In this document: piece by piece, positions 36,101 to 50,400 of the stretch
Layout: the number at the start of each line of letters is the position of its first letter
Numbering within the stretch: position 1 is the stretch's first letter
Assembly: GCA_964035545.1 (NCBI GenBank)
Contig: OZ037766.1
Location: forward strand, 9,972,722 to 10,036,721
DNA: 64,000 bases
From: Bugula neritina
Taxonomy: Eukaryota; Animalia; Bryozoa
Direction: 5' to 3'
Position numbers and translations under genes: made by a program
Notes under the pieces: model-generated
What the model was told of the DNA's origin: nothing
Database searches by the model: none
What the model saw: the letters and a program-made list of their open reading frames with translations, nothing else

Positions 36101-37806
36101 AGTCATGGATTTCACTAATTGATGTTGCTACTGCATAGGTAATTTCTCCTGTAAGAAAAAGCTCTATGACAGAACAAAAAGTAGAACCAGATATATTGGA
36201 TGTTGATGCACTTAGTAATCATAATGATGATGCTGAAAGTGATCACAGTCATAAGAAAAGGAAAAAAAGAGCAACAAATGATACAGTATTTCCGCCAGAA
36301 TTTGAGCATGAAGATTTGATGGTAGGTATCGATACTGCTATAGGTATATCTCTCAAACTGCTTGCTTTTAGTCTATTTACCCTGCATCTTATTGTAACTT
36401 TGTGTTCAATTTACTGCATAACCATTTTATGCTTTGCTTTATGAAGATTTTATTGTGCTACAAATTGTATAGATTGAGGTAATACATTGACTTGGATTGT
36501 TTTACAGGCAACCTATTGAATTGATTATATTAATAATGTAGTTTGCTAAATACATTGTAAGTATTGAATATTATTTATAAATATGATTATTTTTATATGT
36601 AGGACATAGCATACATGTAATACTAGTAGTAATTTTGTTACAGGGTTCAATGCAAAATCTAAGGTGACTCAGTAGCTAGCATAAAACACACACGCACGCA
36701 CACACGCATGCACGCACACATTATATTATATACATATACATATTGGGCCTCAAAATTTAAAAAATTCAGCATCATTTACTCGTATTAAAACATTAAGAAG
36801 TGTTACTGGAAGGAAATAGTCTATAACTAAAGTACAACTGTTCATAACAATTAACGCTCCACTTCTTCATAATATAAAAAGGCTGGTAATAATTATTTAG
36901 GATGAACCAGAGAATGTAGCCTTTGCTGAGCACTTTGATTATGATTTGGATTTTGGAAAACAGAAAAAGCAAAAGACAATAATAGAGCAAGTGGGACACC
37001 TGAAGTACCTCACCACAAACATCTATAAGAGACGAGTGTATACCTTGCCAACTGCAGGTCAATCAAATTTGTTAAGCTTAGCTAGTAGTAGCAGTTATTT
37101 TACAGAAGCATCAACGGTTTCATCATATATTTATATTTATTGTAATGTGACCTACACCATGCTTCTTAAGAAAAAAAGCTTATTTATAATAGTATTTTTC
37201 TTGGGAGATTTTAAAAATGTGTTATAAGCCCTTTTTATTATCTTTAAAGTAGCAAAACACAATTGCTTGAAGAACTGTGAATATGTTCAGACTCCTAGTC
37301 ATTCGCATTAGCAGTGCAGAAGTTGGTAGTCGGCAGTGCATGCATACAATTATTTAGGCTTATCATAGAGCACTTTCTTTATCAGTAGTAAGTTACATAA
37401 CCTAGCTTTCACACTAATCATGGATCAAAAGAAAGGTTATTAGTTTTCACTATTTATCATCTAATGATGAGGCTAGACTAATTTGAAATATGAAGTAAAA
37501 TTAATTAATAAATAACTTGTCTCACTGTTATAGAAACCAACAATCTGTATAAAAGTGTTACTGTTTTCTTTTATAGCTTTTGAACGAAAATGGCGCATCA
37601 CATTAATTGTTATCAGTTCTACAGTTTTAATTCTACCAATAATTATTGGATTTATACAAATATTTGTAAAGAAGACTGGAGATTTTCACATCTCATCAAA
37701 TCAATCAGGGATACAGGAAATATACAAGCTCGTCAATTCAAATCAAGATACTCGACCAAATATGGAAGAAAGTAATGACTTTGATACGGCAGCTGAGAAA
37801 GCATGA
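33181..37806 (+). CDS. Type-I membrane immunoglobulin-superfamily protein (signal peptide, 2 Ig-like domains, TM, short tail); exons 33181-33235, 33808-33947, 34735-35077, 35393-35526, 35746-35889, 36139-36321, 36901-37057, 37577-37806
   Basis: Signal-like MDFLLTFTTLMVISNSVRG; SVTLYC..WFK..YTLTINNIEPADEGKYFC; IKLTCTATSRPAAVIRW..YTVTSVFHF..LYCQV; TM ITLIVISSTVLILPIIIGFIQIFV followed by KK. Exon phases are consistent. Confidence 0.78.
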
Positions 37807-39198
37807 CAATTCCAAATTATAATAAAAAACTTTATATTACAAAGAACTTCATCTAAGTTTTTGAAGCAATAATGAAATTTTGATACATAATTTGTAAATT
37901 TGGAATGATGGATACGGGAAAATAAATACATGAAATATTATTTTGATTAATAGAATGCTTCTTATATTTTGATGCTATCATAGATAATTATATCCTCCCA
38001 CAAAAGAATATGAGTTACTAAACTTTATTACTTGCTCTCTAATAATGTCCATTGATAGCGTCTGTCAGGTTTAAAAATTTTGGGTAAGCTGATGAAGCAC
38101 TGAAGTTCCACAAAATACTTGAAACTGGGTGATACTAAGTGATTGCTAACTCTTATGAAATTTCTCTATTACAGGTAAATAACACATTTTTAAGATGAGA
38201 ACTGTAACGAAACTAATACAGCCAATTGTGTTATTAATTATTATGACTATTATTATGCTATGAAGTTTCATTAGTTAGCTAATTGAGCTGAAATTAACTG
38301 TTTGAATAGAGAAGAAACTAAAATACTATTAATTAAATCTTTCAGAGTTATGCACTTTTTAAGATTTAGTTTATGTTTAGGAAGTTTTAACTTTCATGTG
38401 TTATTTTAAAGTCCAAAAACTTGTTTAACGTGGCTGCCAAACTGAGACTAACTAATGCAACATTGTTAATAAGAAATCATGTACAAGCCACAATCGAAAC
38501 TTATTCATAGGTAGAGGGGCCAGCTCTGGATATAACAGGAAAAAATTCTAGCCATGCTTGTGTTGTCATCTATAATTACTTCACAGTGCTCACATTATTA
38601 TATTATATAACTATAAGTGTTTGTATTATGTATTATAATTATGTAGTGTTTGTTTTATTTAACTACGTATGTTTTATTTGCTTGCATAAATAAATGGTCA
38701 CTTCTGAGTTCTGACCCCAATCTTTGACCTTAAAGACTTCTGGCCTTACTAGCAAAGAACTACTGATTATTCATAGGGTTGCTTATGCTGTAGCTTTTTG
38801 AAGTTCTGCTATTGTATTCCAAACTGTTGATGTACTGGTATTGTATTTTTTGTAAGTGATAAATGAGATATCTTTACGTGTTGACTACATTTAGAATACA
38901 ATAAAATTGTTGGAGTTGTGTTCTTAACTAGTGGGTTAGGATACAATAGGATAGAAAACCTAACATATAATGCAAACTCATTGAACTGAAACTATAGTTC
39001 AATGTATAACTACATAAAGTTATATCCGAACTATTCCACAGCAGCCAGACTGCAGCACTGTCTTAGGTGAGATAACTTCGTGATCGACAATAATATGTAT
39101 GTAAACCTTATTATAATAACCTTTATTAGAATTTTCTAACGGAATAAATCGCGATTGTTACAGTGCGGAATATTTATAAATTAGTAACTTCCGTTACA

Positions 39199-42100
39199 AT
39201 GGCGAATACAAATGGTAGTGGAGACCTTCCTACTGGTACTAGAACTGTAGATTTTGATGATACTATAGACGATGATGAAGATTCAAATCCATGGTATCAT
39301 TTTCCTGTTTTTATTTGTTTAAAATGCTTTAATTTTTGTTGTAACGAGATGATACACAAGGGCTATTTCCTTCTACTTTCACTTAAAGTTTCACAGTTTG
39401 AGTTTGGTTTGACGTTGAAATTGAACGCTTCCTGGCTTCCTTCCACTATGACTAACATAGCATACTGCATAATTGTCAGTGTTCATCATTTTTATAATTA
39501 ATTTTTTTAGTGCTGTTGGGCGTCAATTTTTGTTAATAATAGATTTTAAATTTAGAATGTAACTCTATTTCATTTAATTTCATTTCACTTGCACGTTGAG
39601 TTTGTTTTTCTGATTTTTATTTTCGTTTTGTATGGTAATGTTTACTAACCGAAATTCAAATTTACATTAGATACTGATACTAATAGTAATATTCATTGAT
39701 TATTTGTTGTACTTATAACTTATAAAGTTATATTGTCATTCTAATAGCTTATGATTGAGCACCAATGTGGGAGTAAGACTAAGAGTAAGAGTAAATACTT
39801 AATAACTAGGCAATGCAATGACAATACTAATACTTTAGTATTATTATTGCGTAGCTCTAGGATCGCTGTGCATACAATCACAGTGTTGGTATAATTGAGT
39901 ATATTTATAGTGCCCGCGAGTGGCCTTAAACTTTATGAATTCTTTAGACTTCAGTAGTTATATAACACTGAGCAAGTTAAACTTAAAAAATTGTAAATAC
40001 AAGTCACTGTTAGTGTTACTAATCCTACTAAGCTCAATTTTGTATCACTAAGAGTAGGTCTAACAGATTTAGTTAATACACTGACAAGTGATCTCATTTT
40101 ATGATGCTGTAATACTTACAGTCAGTGTCACAGTGTCAGCCTACCTGTTTTGGTGATTGCACACTACATTGTAATTTAATTTTACAGTCGTACTCATATT
40201 CTTACTCCTAAGTCAGTTTTTATAATTATTTTTACATGTTACCCTCAGCAATAATTTATTCTAATGACTCGTACTCATAGTAATAATCAAGCTTTTACAA
40301 CTATTAGTAGCAGTAATGGTCGTAATACAGTGTTAGTTTATTAGCTGCATCAAACAAAGCATCTGCAAAAACTGTCATTTGATTTCATCGGTATGAGCTA
40401 TCTAAGTATGGCAATCCTTTCAATAAATACCACATGAATTCCGCTCTCTAAAATTACTACTACCTTCCTAAACATTAGCCATTTTATTATATCGTTTTGA
40501 TTAAATTACATGCCATTTATTCATAGTTAATGTATTTGGACAACAACCACTCATGGTATTGTGCATTTTAATGAAATTTGAGACTTATGAAAAGAAAGTG
40601 AATGTACAAGCTCATTTCTACTCATCGCCTCTGTTTTATAATGTAATATTCTACTTTCTCAGGGAGGATCTCTTGAACGAAGCCAAGCCATCATCATCAA
40701 AGCTGCAAGAGCACAAAAATTTAATTCTGTTCGGTAAGTGTCAATGATTTTTTGAAATAAAGCCAAAATTTAGTGTGTCCTGTACCTTAGTTTGTGTACT
40801 ATCATCAGAATTGTACAAAAGATTCATTGAAAATATATGTGAATGAGCAACTTGCAAGCTGAAAGTCAAGAGGGGTAACTTTAAAGTTTTAGGTAGTCAA
40901 ATGCTGTGAAACTGGTATACTAAAATAGCCTAAACCGAAATCTGGTGCACTATTTTTCAGACATAATACTCATCGTTTGTTAATGATGTTTTATTGAACA
41001 TTTTAAATCCGCTTTTAAGTTTCTATATTGTGTGGCTGGATGTTTAATTCAATTCAAGCAATTCAGACCATGTATGGTTGAGTGTATTAAATTGCAGGTG
41101 ACTTGTCTTCTGGCAAAACTACTTTGATAGCCAAGTTGAGGGGAGATGAAGAGCCTCACAAGGGTTCAGGACTTGAATTCACACACCTACCTATCAGTGA
41201 TGAGTATAGAGAAGGTAATTACAGAATCACTGGCACACCTTATTTGTATAGTATTAAAATCTTCATATATATTGTGACTATCATTCGCAGTCTGTTTAAG
41301 GCTTGTATGCTCAAACAATTGTGTTCTATAATAAATTTTGTGTTAACACATCTTGAATTAATATAAGATTCCTGATAATTGCTGATGATGTTACCAATTG
41401 CTGATGGTGTTGCCAATTGCTGATGGTGTTGCCAATTGCTGATGGTGTTGCCAATTTTAATGCATGCTACTCTTTGCTGCTGCAACACACACAGTTTAAT
41501 CACTAAACTTACTTTAAAGTAGGAGGATAAAAATTCATAAAAAGACATTTTTCCCTTGGTTTATCTTAGTAGACGAACTAAAAAGTTAAAGTTTCATGTT
41601 TGTAAAGTACAGCTGATATGCTTCCACTGTAGGTTATATGTATATATCTTACATTATAGATTCTACCAACTTGGGAGTTTGGATCCTGGATGGCGACGCT
41701 ACCCACACTGGACTTCTAAAATATGCATTGACTCCAGATAACTTTCAAGATTCGGTTATAGTAATAGCTGCAACCTTGTCACAGCCCTGGTCGCTGCTCA
41801 AATCTCTTAAAAACTGGTTGAATATAATAACAGATCATATTGATAGGATTGGTATACCACAAGATGTGATGCAACAGTGCAAACAGAAGTGTAAGTTCTC
41901 ACATATTCTTGCTTTTTATTGTAAAGTTTTATGTTATAGGCATAGAAATTGGGTAACCCCTAATTGGTTGAGTCATTGTTTTATATCATGAATAAAATAC
42001 TATTTAGTAACACTCTAAGTCACCATTACTGTTTTATATTACTGTTAAATCGGCGCTATTTACTAGAAACAGTTTGAGTTCACTGGTCATAAAAATTCAT

Positions 42101-45100
42101 TTGTTCACACATGTTCTATCCGTTATTTATGCTGCTAAATATCTTGTAGTAATAAAACAGTATCAAGAGTATGTGGAGCCTGATAGCTCTTCGTCTGCTC
42201 GACTCACAGCTCCTTCTGCTGGGGATGAAGCTGATCAAGTCATACTTCCTCTGGGAGAAAATGTTCTCACTCATAACTTAGGAATACCACTCATAATAGT
42301 TATCACAAAGGTACATCACCTCATAATAGTTATCACAAAGGTACATTATTTATTGAGGTTATACTAGGAACTGTCACTTTGAAACCACTTTTGTATGCTT
42401 CTAAAAGCAGCACAAGCTGTCAATATTACATTGAATTTATTTACTGACAGTTCGTGCTGTTAACAATGTATTAGCAGAAAAGTCTACTTGCAGACCTCTT
42501 TGAATTTACCCACTGCTTTAGTTCTAAAGTATTTAAAGGTGGCGAAATTTATAAATATTAATTTTGTTAGAGAGTACCTTCAACGTCATGTACGCTCATT
42601 TCTGTTTTATTTTCTACAAATATTACTGCTTTTAACTTTCTCAATTTTATTGGCTGTATGTGGACTCCATAGTTTTAACTAATGCCTTTCAGACTATAAC
42701 CTATAGATAATAAAAGTGCAGTGCAGCAGAAATGCATCATGCAAACCAATAATTAGATTTTACTGTAAATGTATTGGTACATTGTAGAAATAATGTTTCC
42801 AGAATGTTTATGGTATATCGTTTTATAGAGTGATGCAATCTCAACATTAGAAAAAGAGATGGAATATAAAGAAGAAAGATTTGATTTCATTCAACAACAC
42901 ATCAGGCAGTTGTGTTTGAATTGTATCCTTTTCAAGCTTCCTTTAGAAGTTTAATTATACTATTTAACGTTATATTAATTTCTGTAAACACACCAGTTTT
43001 TATTTACCATTTCTTCAATATAGTTGGTGAGTACGCAATATACTTCATAGGATGTTTCCTTAGTAGAATATATATAGATGGTGCTTCATTACTTTACGTA
43101 TCTGTGAGAGAGGAGAAAAACTGTGAACTACTAAGTAAGTACATCGCCCACAGAGTTTATGGACTAGAGTTTACAAGCTCTCCCTCGGTGGTGGATAAAG
43201 ATGCTGTGTTTGTGTAAGCTATATACATAATTCAGTTGCAATACTTTCTGATGCTTTATTTGTCATGAAATTCACAGTTAGAAGCATGTATATGAAAGAA
43301 AATCTTCCAAGGGCCAAGTTATATTTAGCAACAACCGAGCAATTATTAGAGTAAATTTAATTCGCTATTGTGTGTCAGATACAATGGCTCTACACTTAGA
43401 AAACTGGACCTTTTCTTGTTTTCATGCATTGAGTTATAGTTGTTTATTTTTCCTTTTTCTATATTCTTGAAGATCCTGCAAACTTTTTTTGGGAAGCCGT
43501 AAGAGATAGACAGTAGTTTATTGCATTGAAAACTCATGCTTGCTTATGACAAATGCTCTCATTAAAGTATTGGGCTAATTTTGAATATTTTGGATGTTAT
43601 TTCATGCCCTTACCTCAAAAAGACAGTGCCTAGTAACTATTGCAAAAATTCATATCTTGTAATTTTTCCCATGTAATTAGGAAAAGATATTTTTTTCAGC
43701 CCATCAGGATGGGATTCTGAAAAGAAGATTGGAATTTTATCTGAAAACTTGATGACCATCAAACCTGAAGAAGAGTTTGAGGCAGTAATCAAGCGTCCCC
43801 CGGGCATCAGACGACCAGCTAACCGAGACGGAGAAGTAGCAGCTGAGGATCATCAGGACTTCCTATCTAGATGTCATAATTTACTGGCTAAAGGCAAGCA
43901 ATAGACTCTGATATCATAGCTTGCTTGTTACCCTTTTTATTATGTAGTACTTTGTGGAATCTGCGGTTAGATGTAATGGCTTTATTTCCTCTTGAAATAT
44001 TTTACTAGATCAGCCACATTATTAAAACTTGGTACTTTGGTTTAGAGACACACATATATTTGAATTCATGTCTCTCTTCAGCCGAATGGAGGGCTGCCTT
44101 GAGTTTACTCTCTCATGTCTGTTTGTTTGTTTGTTTTTATTTTGTCATAGTCGGGGAAAAAATTAATTGAGAAAAAAATAAACAAAATGACAGGGCCTAT
44201 GGCGCAATAGCACTGTAGCTAGTCGAGGCACCGAGCCATGAATGGTTGACAGTTATATAAGATTTTTGTTTAGGTTTTTGGAAGTTTTAGCAACTTAAAA
44301 AGTATTATTTTTTTATCTGGAAATTTGCCATTAGATGGTCTCTCAGGGCAAGTTCTAAACAACATTACTGTATTATTTATTCAGAAGCTTCAGCCTCGCC
44401 TGCTGTCCCTAGGATTGATGCCAACAGCTCCCCTGCTGCTTCAAAGCCTCCGAATAAAGTCAGAGTTGGTGCTCCTAGTGGCTCATCAACACCTTCTCCT
44501 AAAAAGGTTGAGTATTTTAATGTTGCTTTACTGTATGATATAATAATTGTTATTATAGTAATATACTAATTGTTTTTATTATAGTAATATGCTAATTGTT
44601 TTTATTATAGTAATATATTAATTGTTTTTATTTTATTATTACAAAGTTTTTTTAAAGTATTTTTTGATGCTACTATCTTTAAATTTAATGTTAATGGTAG
44701 TCTCTTGCATCAAGTGTTCTGATTATGTAACAGAGCTACTATACAAATGTATATTTATATCTAAAGGGGTATCGTGTTTGTGTGAATGTAAGCAGTCACC
44801 CCTATCGTTGATAGTATCTGATGCTGTCGATTGTAGGCGTCTGACTCGACCAAAGGAGTCAGCAGTCAACAGGGAGAAACTGTTCTGGCCAACTTCTTCA
44901 ACAGTCTGTTGACAAAGAAGACGGGTAGTCCAGCTAAAGCCTCGCCAGGTAGGGGTGAAGGTCGCTGCTGTATACTACTGCTAACTTTGTACTGCTGTGT
45001 ACTACTGCTAACTGTGTACTACTGCTAACTGTGTACTACTTCTAACTATGTACTATTGCTAACTGTGTACTACTACTAAGCGTAGAGCCACACGGCGGCA

Positions 45101-46068
45101 AGCGGGAAAACCCGTCCAGGCTAAAAATGGGGCGTGGTGTGCGGATTTTCATGCGGGTAGCATGCTGAGCTGCAAGTGCAGAAAGCTCATGCGGGTTTAA
45201 TTAAATTTGCTGATTACCATTTAGCGAGCACACTATTTTTATTTCAATTCACGTTTTAGCCTTAAGCGGACTGAATTGAAACAGTTTCATATAGTTTGCA
45301 TTGCCGCTTTTAAAATAGCCTAAGTCACTTTGCTGATGACGTAGATTTAAAAACAAACATCTGTAGACGAGCAGTAAAGTTAAACTCCAAGATTATTAAC
45401 TAATAAATTTCTGCACTCAACACACACATTGTGTGGAAGGTCGTTCCCGAAATTTGGACTCGCACGGGGAATCCAGCGTCGTGTGGCCCTACGCTAACTG
45501 TGTACTACTGCTAACTGTATACTACTGCTAACTGTATACTACTGCTAACTGTGTACTACTGCTAACTGTGTACTACTGCTAACTGTGTACTAATGCTAAC
45601 TGTATACTACTGCTAACTGTGTACTACTGCTAACTGTGTACTACTGAAAGGGTTCTGCCAATGCATTAAACCTCACAACATTACGAGTTTTCACTCCTTT
45701 ACATTATATGCTCTCTTCTTATCATTTGTTTGACTATGTTGGGTAGTCAACACTTCTTTCCTTATTTGTATACTGTTCGAGTGTTCTTATATTGTTAGCT
45801 TTAACAATTTATTTCTTATTGCATTTGTCCTATAGTCAATTTTTTAACATACACGAAATACTTGATATTGATAACATAACATTTTCATTCTGCCAGCTCT
45901 TTAAAAACTTTTGATGAGGGTAAGTTTGCTTGTGGACCTAATATTGCTCATAAAAGATGTTATGTTTTATGTTGTTGTTGAGTTTTGTTTTTTTTTTGTG
46001 TTGCAGATTCAAATGCCGCCAGAGCGGAGTTAGATAGGATGACAAGAAATAAATCTGCAAACAGTTAG
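39199..46068 (+). CDS. DYNC1LI: Cytoplasmic dynein 1 light intermediate chain; exons 39199-39293, 40663-40733, 41098-41214, 41660-41890, 42150-42310, 42829-42922, 43078-43213, 43700-43893, 44385-44506, 44837-44948, 46007-46068
   Basis: P-loop [73 protein letters not shown] (adaptor-binding helix), AELDRMTR. Confidence 0.96.
41387..41456. repeat. 19-bp tandem repeat (TTGCTGATGGTGTTGCCAA), about 3.5-4 copies, intronic
   Basis: Directly visible. Confidence 0.85.
42923..43077 (+). other. U12-type (minor spliceosome) GT-AG intron in DYNC1LI
   Basis: 5' site GTATCCTTT; branch-like TTTCCTTAG at 43055-43063 close to the 3' AG with no pyrimidine tract. Splicing restores CLN-Y-GAS. Confidence 0.85.
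44968..45647. repeat. 17-bp minisatellite (ACTGTGTACTACTGCTA)n interrupted by a MITE
   Basis: The array is visible on both sides of 45080-45494. Confidence 0.9.
45080..45494. mobile_element. Non-autonomous TIR element (MITE, PIF/Harbinger-like), 415 bp
   Basis: Termini GCGTAGAGCCACACGGCG and CGTCGTGTGGCCCTACGC (18-bp terminal inverted repeat, 2 mismatches). TAA is duplicated at 45077-45079 and 45495-45497. Confidence 0.85.
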
Positions 46069-47432
46069 ATTGCTCTTTGAGTTAGTTTTTATACCTTTTT
46101 GCTCTTCAAGTACTTCTCACTCACTATTAGTCTTGGAATCTTCAGGCAGTAGCGATTCTGGAGAGTGGCTAGCTGGTAAACATGGTAAATCCAACCACCA
46201 CGTTGACACATTAATTGGTGTGCTTTGGTCTCAGTAATCAAAAGAGCGGAGTTATCTTTCCAGTACAGGGTGCTTACTAGTTTGCTGTTTACCTGACTGT
46301 CTAACTTTAAGACCATTTTGGTGTGCAGGAATACTGGCTTCTTGTATTCATAGGTTTAGTTGTTTTATAGTATTTTAATAGATGTCTCGGCTATAGAGCT
46401 GCTTTTCATATTTTTATTTATAACACTGTTTTGTTTCGAGAAAGAGAATTTCGAGTGCCGCTGCCCGTTTTTGCAGAGAGCTAATCACAATAACTAGTCT
46501 AACACTTCCCATTATATTTCGTATGATATGACAGCCTTGTTTGATGACATCACACGACTCTTTCTATTACTGTTGTATAACATTTTCAGCATTTTATTGT
46601 GTTATGTCATGATAGTCAATTCCAACACGTTTGAATACAGATGCTCTTGGTATAGTTTTATTATTATGTGTTTACCAAGAAACACTAGTTTCAGTAATTA
46701 ATGCATATGCTGCTATTTATTTTCCTGTATGTTATTGTCTTTTACTACTTCAGAAATAAAATCCTTCATCTAAACATGCACTCATATGACACTATTTTAA
46801 TTTTGTAGCTTCATAAAACGTAAAAAAAAACGATTCCATATATCTTAATTTGGTATAAGCGTCATTACATGTAATATTCATGCAAGCTTTTCTGTCAGTC
46901 ATCATTTGTTTGAAATCATTATATTTAATAAACCTTGTTTTACCCTGTACCATTTAAATTTGTGAAGAAAATATACCCACATTTCTGTGCATATGACTTC
47001 TGTAGGCACTAGCATCTCTTCAGCAATTATATAATATTATATATTATCACAACATATGTATATCTAGCAGCAACAATAGGGCAAAATTTACTACCTAGGC
47101 AGGACACAACATTCACTAAAATTAAGTAAAGTCTGCACAGACAAAATTTCAGAAAAAAAATGATGCACTGCATTTCCATTGCAGGCTGAGCAACTTCTAA
47201 CTGAATTTAGAAAAAATAGTTTCTTTCATCCTGACACTCCTTTAAGGTGTGTTTACATCTCCAAAATTTCGAAGGTATAAATGCTTCTCTATAGCAAATC
47301 AAACAAGACAATCCCAAGAAAACAACCTAAACTAATTTTTCCTCTAAGCTTACACAAACTGACACTAACAATTACCCAGAAGCTCATCCTTGTTTATACA
47401 GTATAAAATTGGCTAGCAAATCATAAGCTAGG

Positions 47433-50400
47433 TTAGCTCTTTTCAGGGATAGTTTTTTCTGAAGAAAGTTTTTTCTTGGTTTTGTCTTTTTGAGTAAGTT
47501 TATATAAAACTAGTATTTTCTGCTCCATTTCACTTAAAGCCTTGTCAATCATCTGAACTGACTGTGTGGTAGCTGTAGTCTTGCTCAACACATATTCCGC
47601 TCTGACTGTTAACTTCTTCATCTGCTCCTTCATATCATATAGAGGCACCTGGTAATCATATTATTTCTCATTACATAAACATAGTAGATTTTGATGTTGT
47701 TTCAAATCATGAATATTATTATAGAACTTAAGATTTAGATTATAATTAATGCGATGAGTTATTTATGAATTTTCGGTAGTTGTAATTTGTAAGAAGTTCA
47801 AACAAATGTAACATGTGTATTAGAGTCGTTAATCGGTGTTTTCTAATTAATTGGTTTAAAATACTCTTTTCCTTTAAGTCCATAACAAAAAATAAAAGAT
47901 CTTGTTTTTTACTATAACTCACAATTATGTTATACAAATTGGAAGACTGAGCTTCAAGTAATTTTGATTCTATGTAATAATTGGAATTATTTCATAGAAT
48001 AGTACAAGTTGATGTCTGTGACATATTATATATTGAATTACATAGAGATGGGTTTAAAGCAAATAAATAAGAAAATTTGAAAGATAGCTCAAGAAATCAA
48101 ATTTTTGGAAATGTTGAAAAAATACTACCTCAAACAGAATTGTAATATGCAATTATTGTATGATCACAATGCAGCATAATATATTTTTATAACACATAAT
48201 ACGTAATAATATAATCTTCTGAAAGAAATTGAAGGATAATATAATATATAAATGTATGCAAGTGTTGTACTATTGGTAGTTGTTTGCTCTATGATTGTAA
48301 CAAACAAATTTGATCATATAACAGCAGCAAGAATCTCCATATTCATCCCATAAACATGATCTCATAAATAAGTCACACTTTCATAGATAGTTAATGATGT
48401 AATGGCCTTTCAAAACAAATACAATCACAAACTCTGCAGCTGTCAGACTTAGACTAACTACCCCAGAGCAATGATAATCATTTATGTGAAAAATCTAAAC
48501 TAAGAAACTCTTGATGGCTGACTTGTGGTTAATCTGATCTTAGGTCATAGTTACCTGTGAACACCCTTAAAAAACTTATCTATCAGCAAAGACCTGGGGT
48601 TAAAATTATGATTTGCAAATAACGGTTATGATTTTATCTAGAAGTTAAAGTCCGTTATAGAAGTTTAACTCCAAAAATATATGTCTCTTTCAATTAAAGT
48701 TATCTAAAAAAAAATTTGCGTCTTCTAATTACAAACTTTTAATTCTTTGAATTCTATAGCTAAAAACTGATTGAGAATCAGCCATCAAGTGCAAAATTTA
48801 GTCAGGTGAAAGTAATTAGCTTGTGCAGAGGAGACAACACCTAATTTCACAGTAACAAGTTAATGGAACAGAGTTAAATAAGAACATATCTACATTATGC
48901 AACATCGACTACTTGAAAGTTTGTATTTCATACTTACTTCGTTGCTTACACAAAACAAGATAGTTAGTTGATCAGCAGTTTTAACCTGTGCAAGTGAGAG
49001 TTGAAATGATATTGTGATCGAAATAAAGTAAAATACTATAACATATATGATATCCCAACAGTAAATAGTCATTAGTGGCATGGCAATAACTAAGCATGTA
49101 CATGTATTTTGATAATAGGCTAAGAGCTAATAAAATAATGAAAAAGCTAATATTATGACACATGAACAAAATTATATCCGTCTTTTAATTCATTTATCAA
49201 GATTTAAAAAATTCTAATCTTTACACTAACCCCTCCTACTTTACAATGTCAATTTGTACCATAACGGTTTGCTTTGTTGTGTATCATTACTTCATGTAGG
49301 TTCTCTTATATGCTATGCTATTAAAGCATGTAAGTCTGAGATGCTGCTAATCGTAAGAGTCTTATTGTTTCTACTACTGACTCATATAACAGCAAGTGCA
49401 AAGTTAGTGCAGTGAATAGTCAATATTTTAACGGTTTGTCACTTTAGTTCAATGGCACTATCTTATAAAGCCAGAATTGATTTTAGTATTTATATGAAAT
49501 AGTGTTGATGATGGCCATCTTCAGTATAGATTCTGGTCAAGTGACAATGAAGAATAGACAGGCTGCAGAGATAGGTGCAGTAATGGAGAAACTGAGAAAA
49601 GCCTGTGTTCTAAATGAAAAATGTAGCAAAGGAAAATATGTTCTCGCAAAAATTTCAACAAATGAAAAGGCTTGGCTATTAAAGATTCTCCAGTACGGCC
49701 TCTAAATAGGGTTGCATGACATTGATTATAAGTATCAACTGCAATATATCCCACAAAGCTAGACTTATAATAGCCCTATTAGTATTATTACACACTTATC
49801 AAATATTATGTTTACACATTTAAGCTATGCACATCTATTAGTAGTATAAGTTATAATTTAAAACACAGCCGAATCCTGGAAAAGATCCAAATAGATGTCT
49901 GTGTTTGCTGAATAGCAACTTTATATAATTTTATTTATGTATTTGTAATAAAAGTATCTATAATCAGTATTTTTACTTTTTACAAGTAATCAACTTTTTG
50001 AAAATAGCTAAATATCTCTTCTACAAGTGTAGTTATGCTGCAACCAAGCAACTAAAAGTTGAAACATGTTTTTCCATTAAAATATTTTTCGCAATGACAC
50101 AATCAAACATTCTTATTAGAATATTATGTGGGAAGAAACCTATTTTTTCAATAGCTCAACTAGAACAAAACTTCTTTTTAGTTTAAAGCTAACTCATCAA
50201 GTACAAACCTGTTTTTCACGTCTTTCTTTGCTTGAGATCCTTTGAAATTCTAAAGACTTTTTGTAATGAAGGGCTTTTATCAGCTCTCGCTGTGTTTTTC
50301 TGCTTGCTTGAGAATTAAAAATTTTACTTTCTTTGTATTGTTTCCATGCCTTCTGAATAATAATAGCTGAACTTTCTCGCAACTTTTTCTGTAAGTCAGC

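Noticed and set aside
48505-48790. Inverted 12-mer CTTGATGGCTGA / TCAGCCATCAAG
   Set aside because: Probably part of an old non-autonomous element, but no termini or TSD could be defined.
49502-49754. Small ORFs on both strands within the SK intron
   Set aside because: They overlap an interspersed repeat also found at 61508-61599 and are not needed for the channel reading frame.
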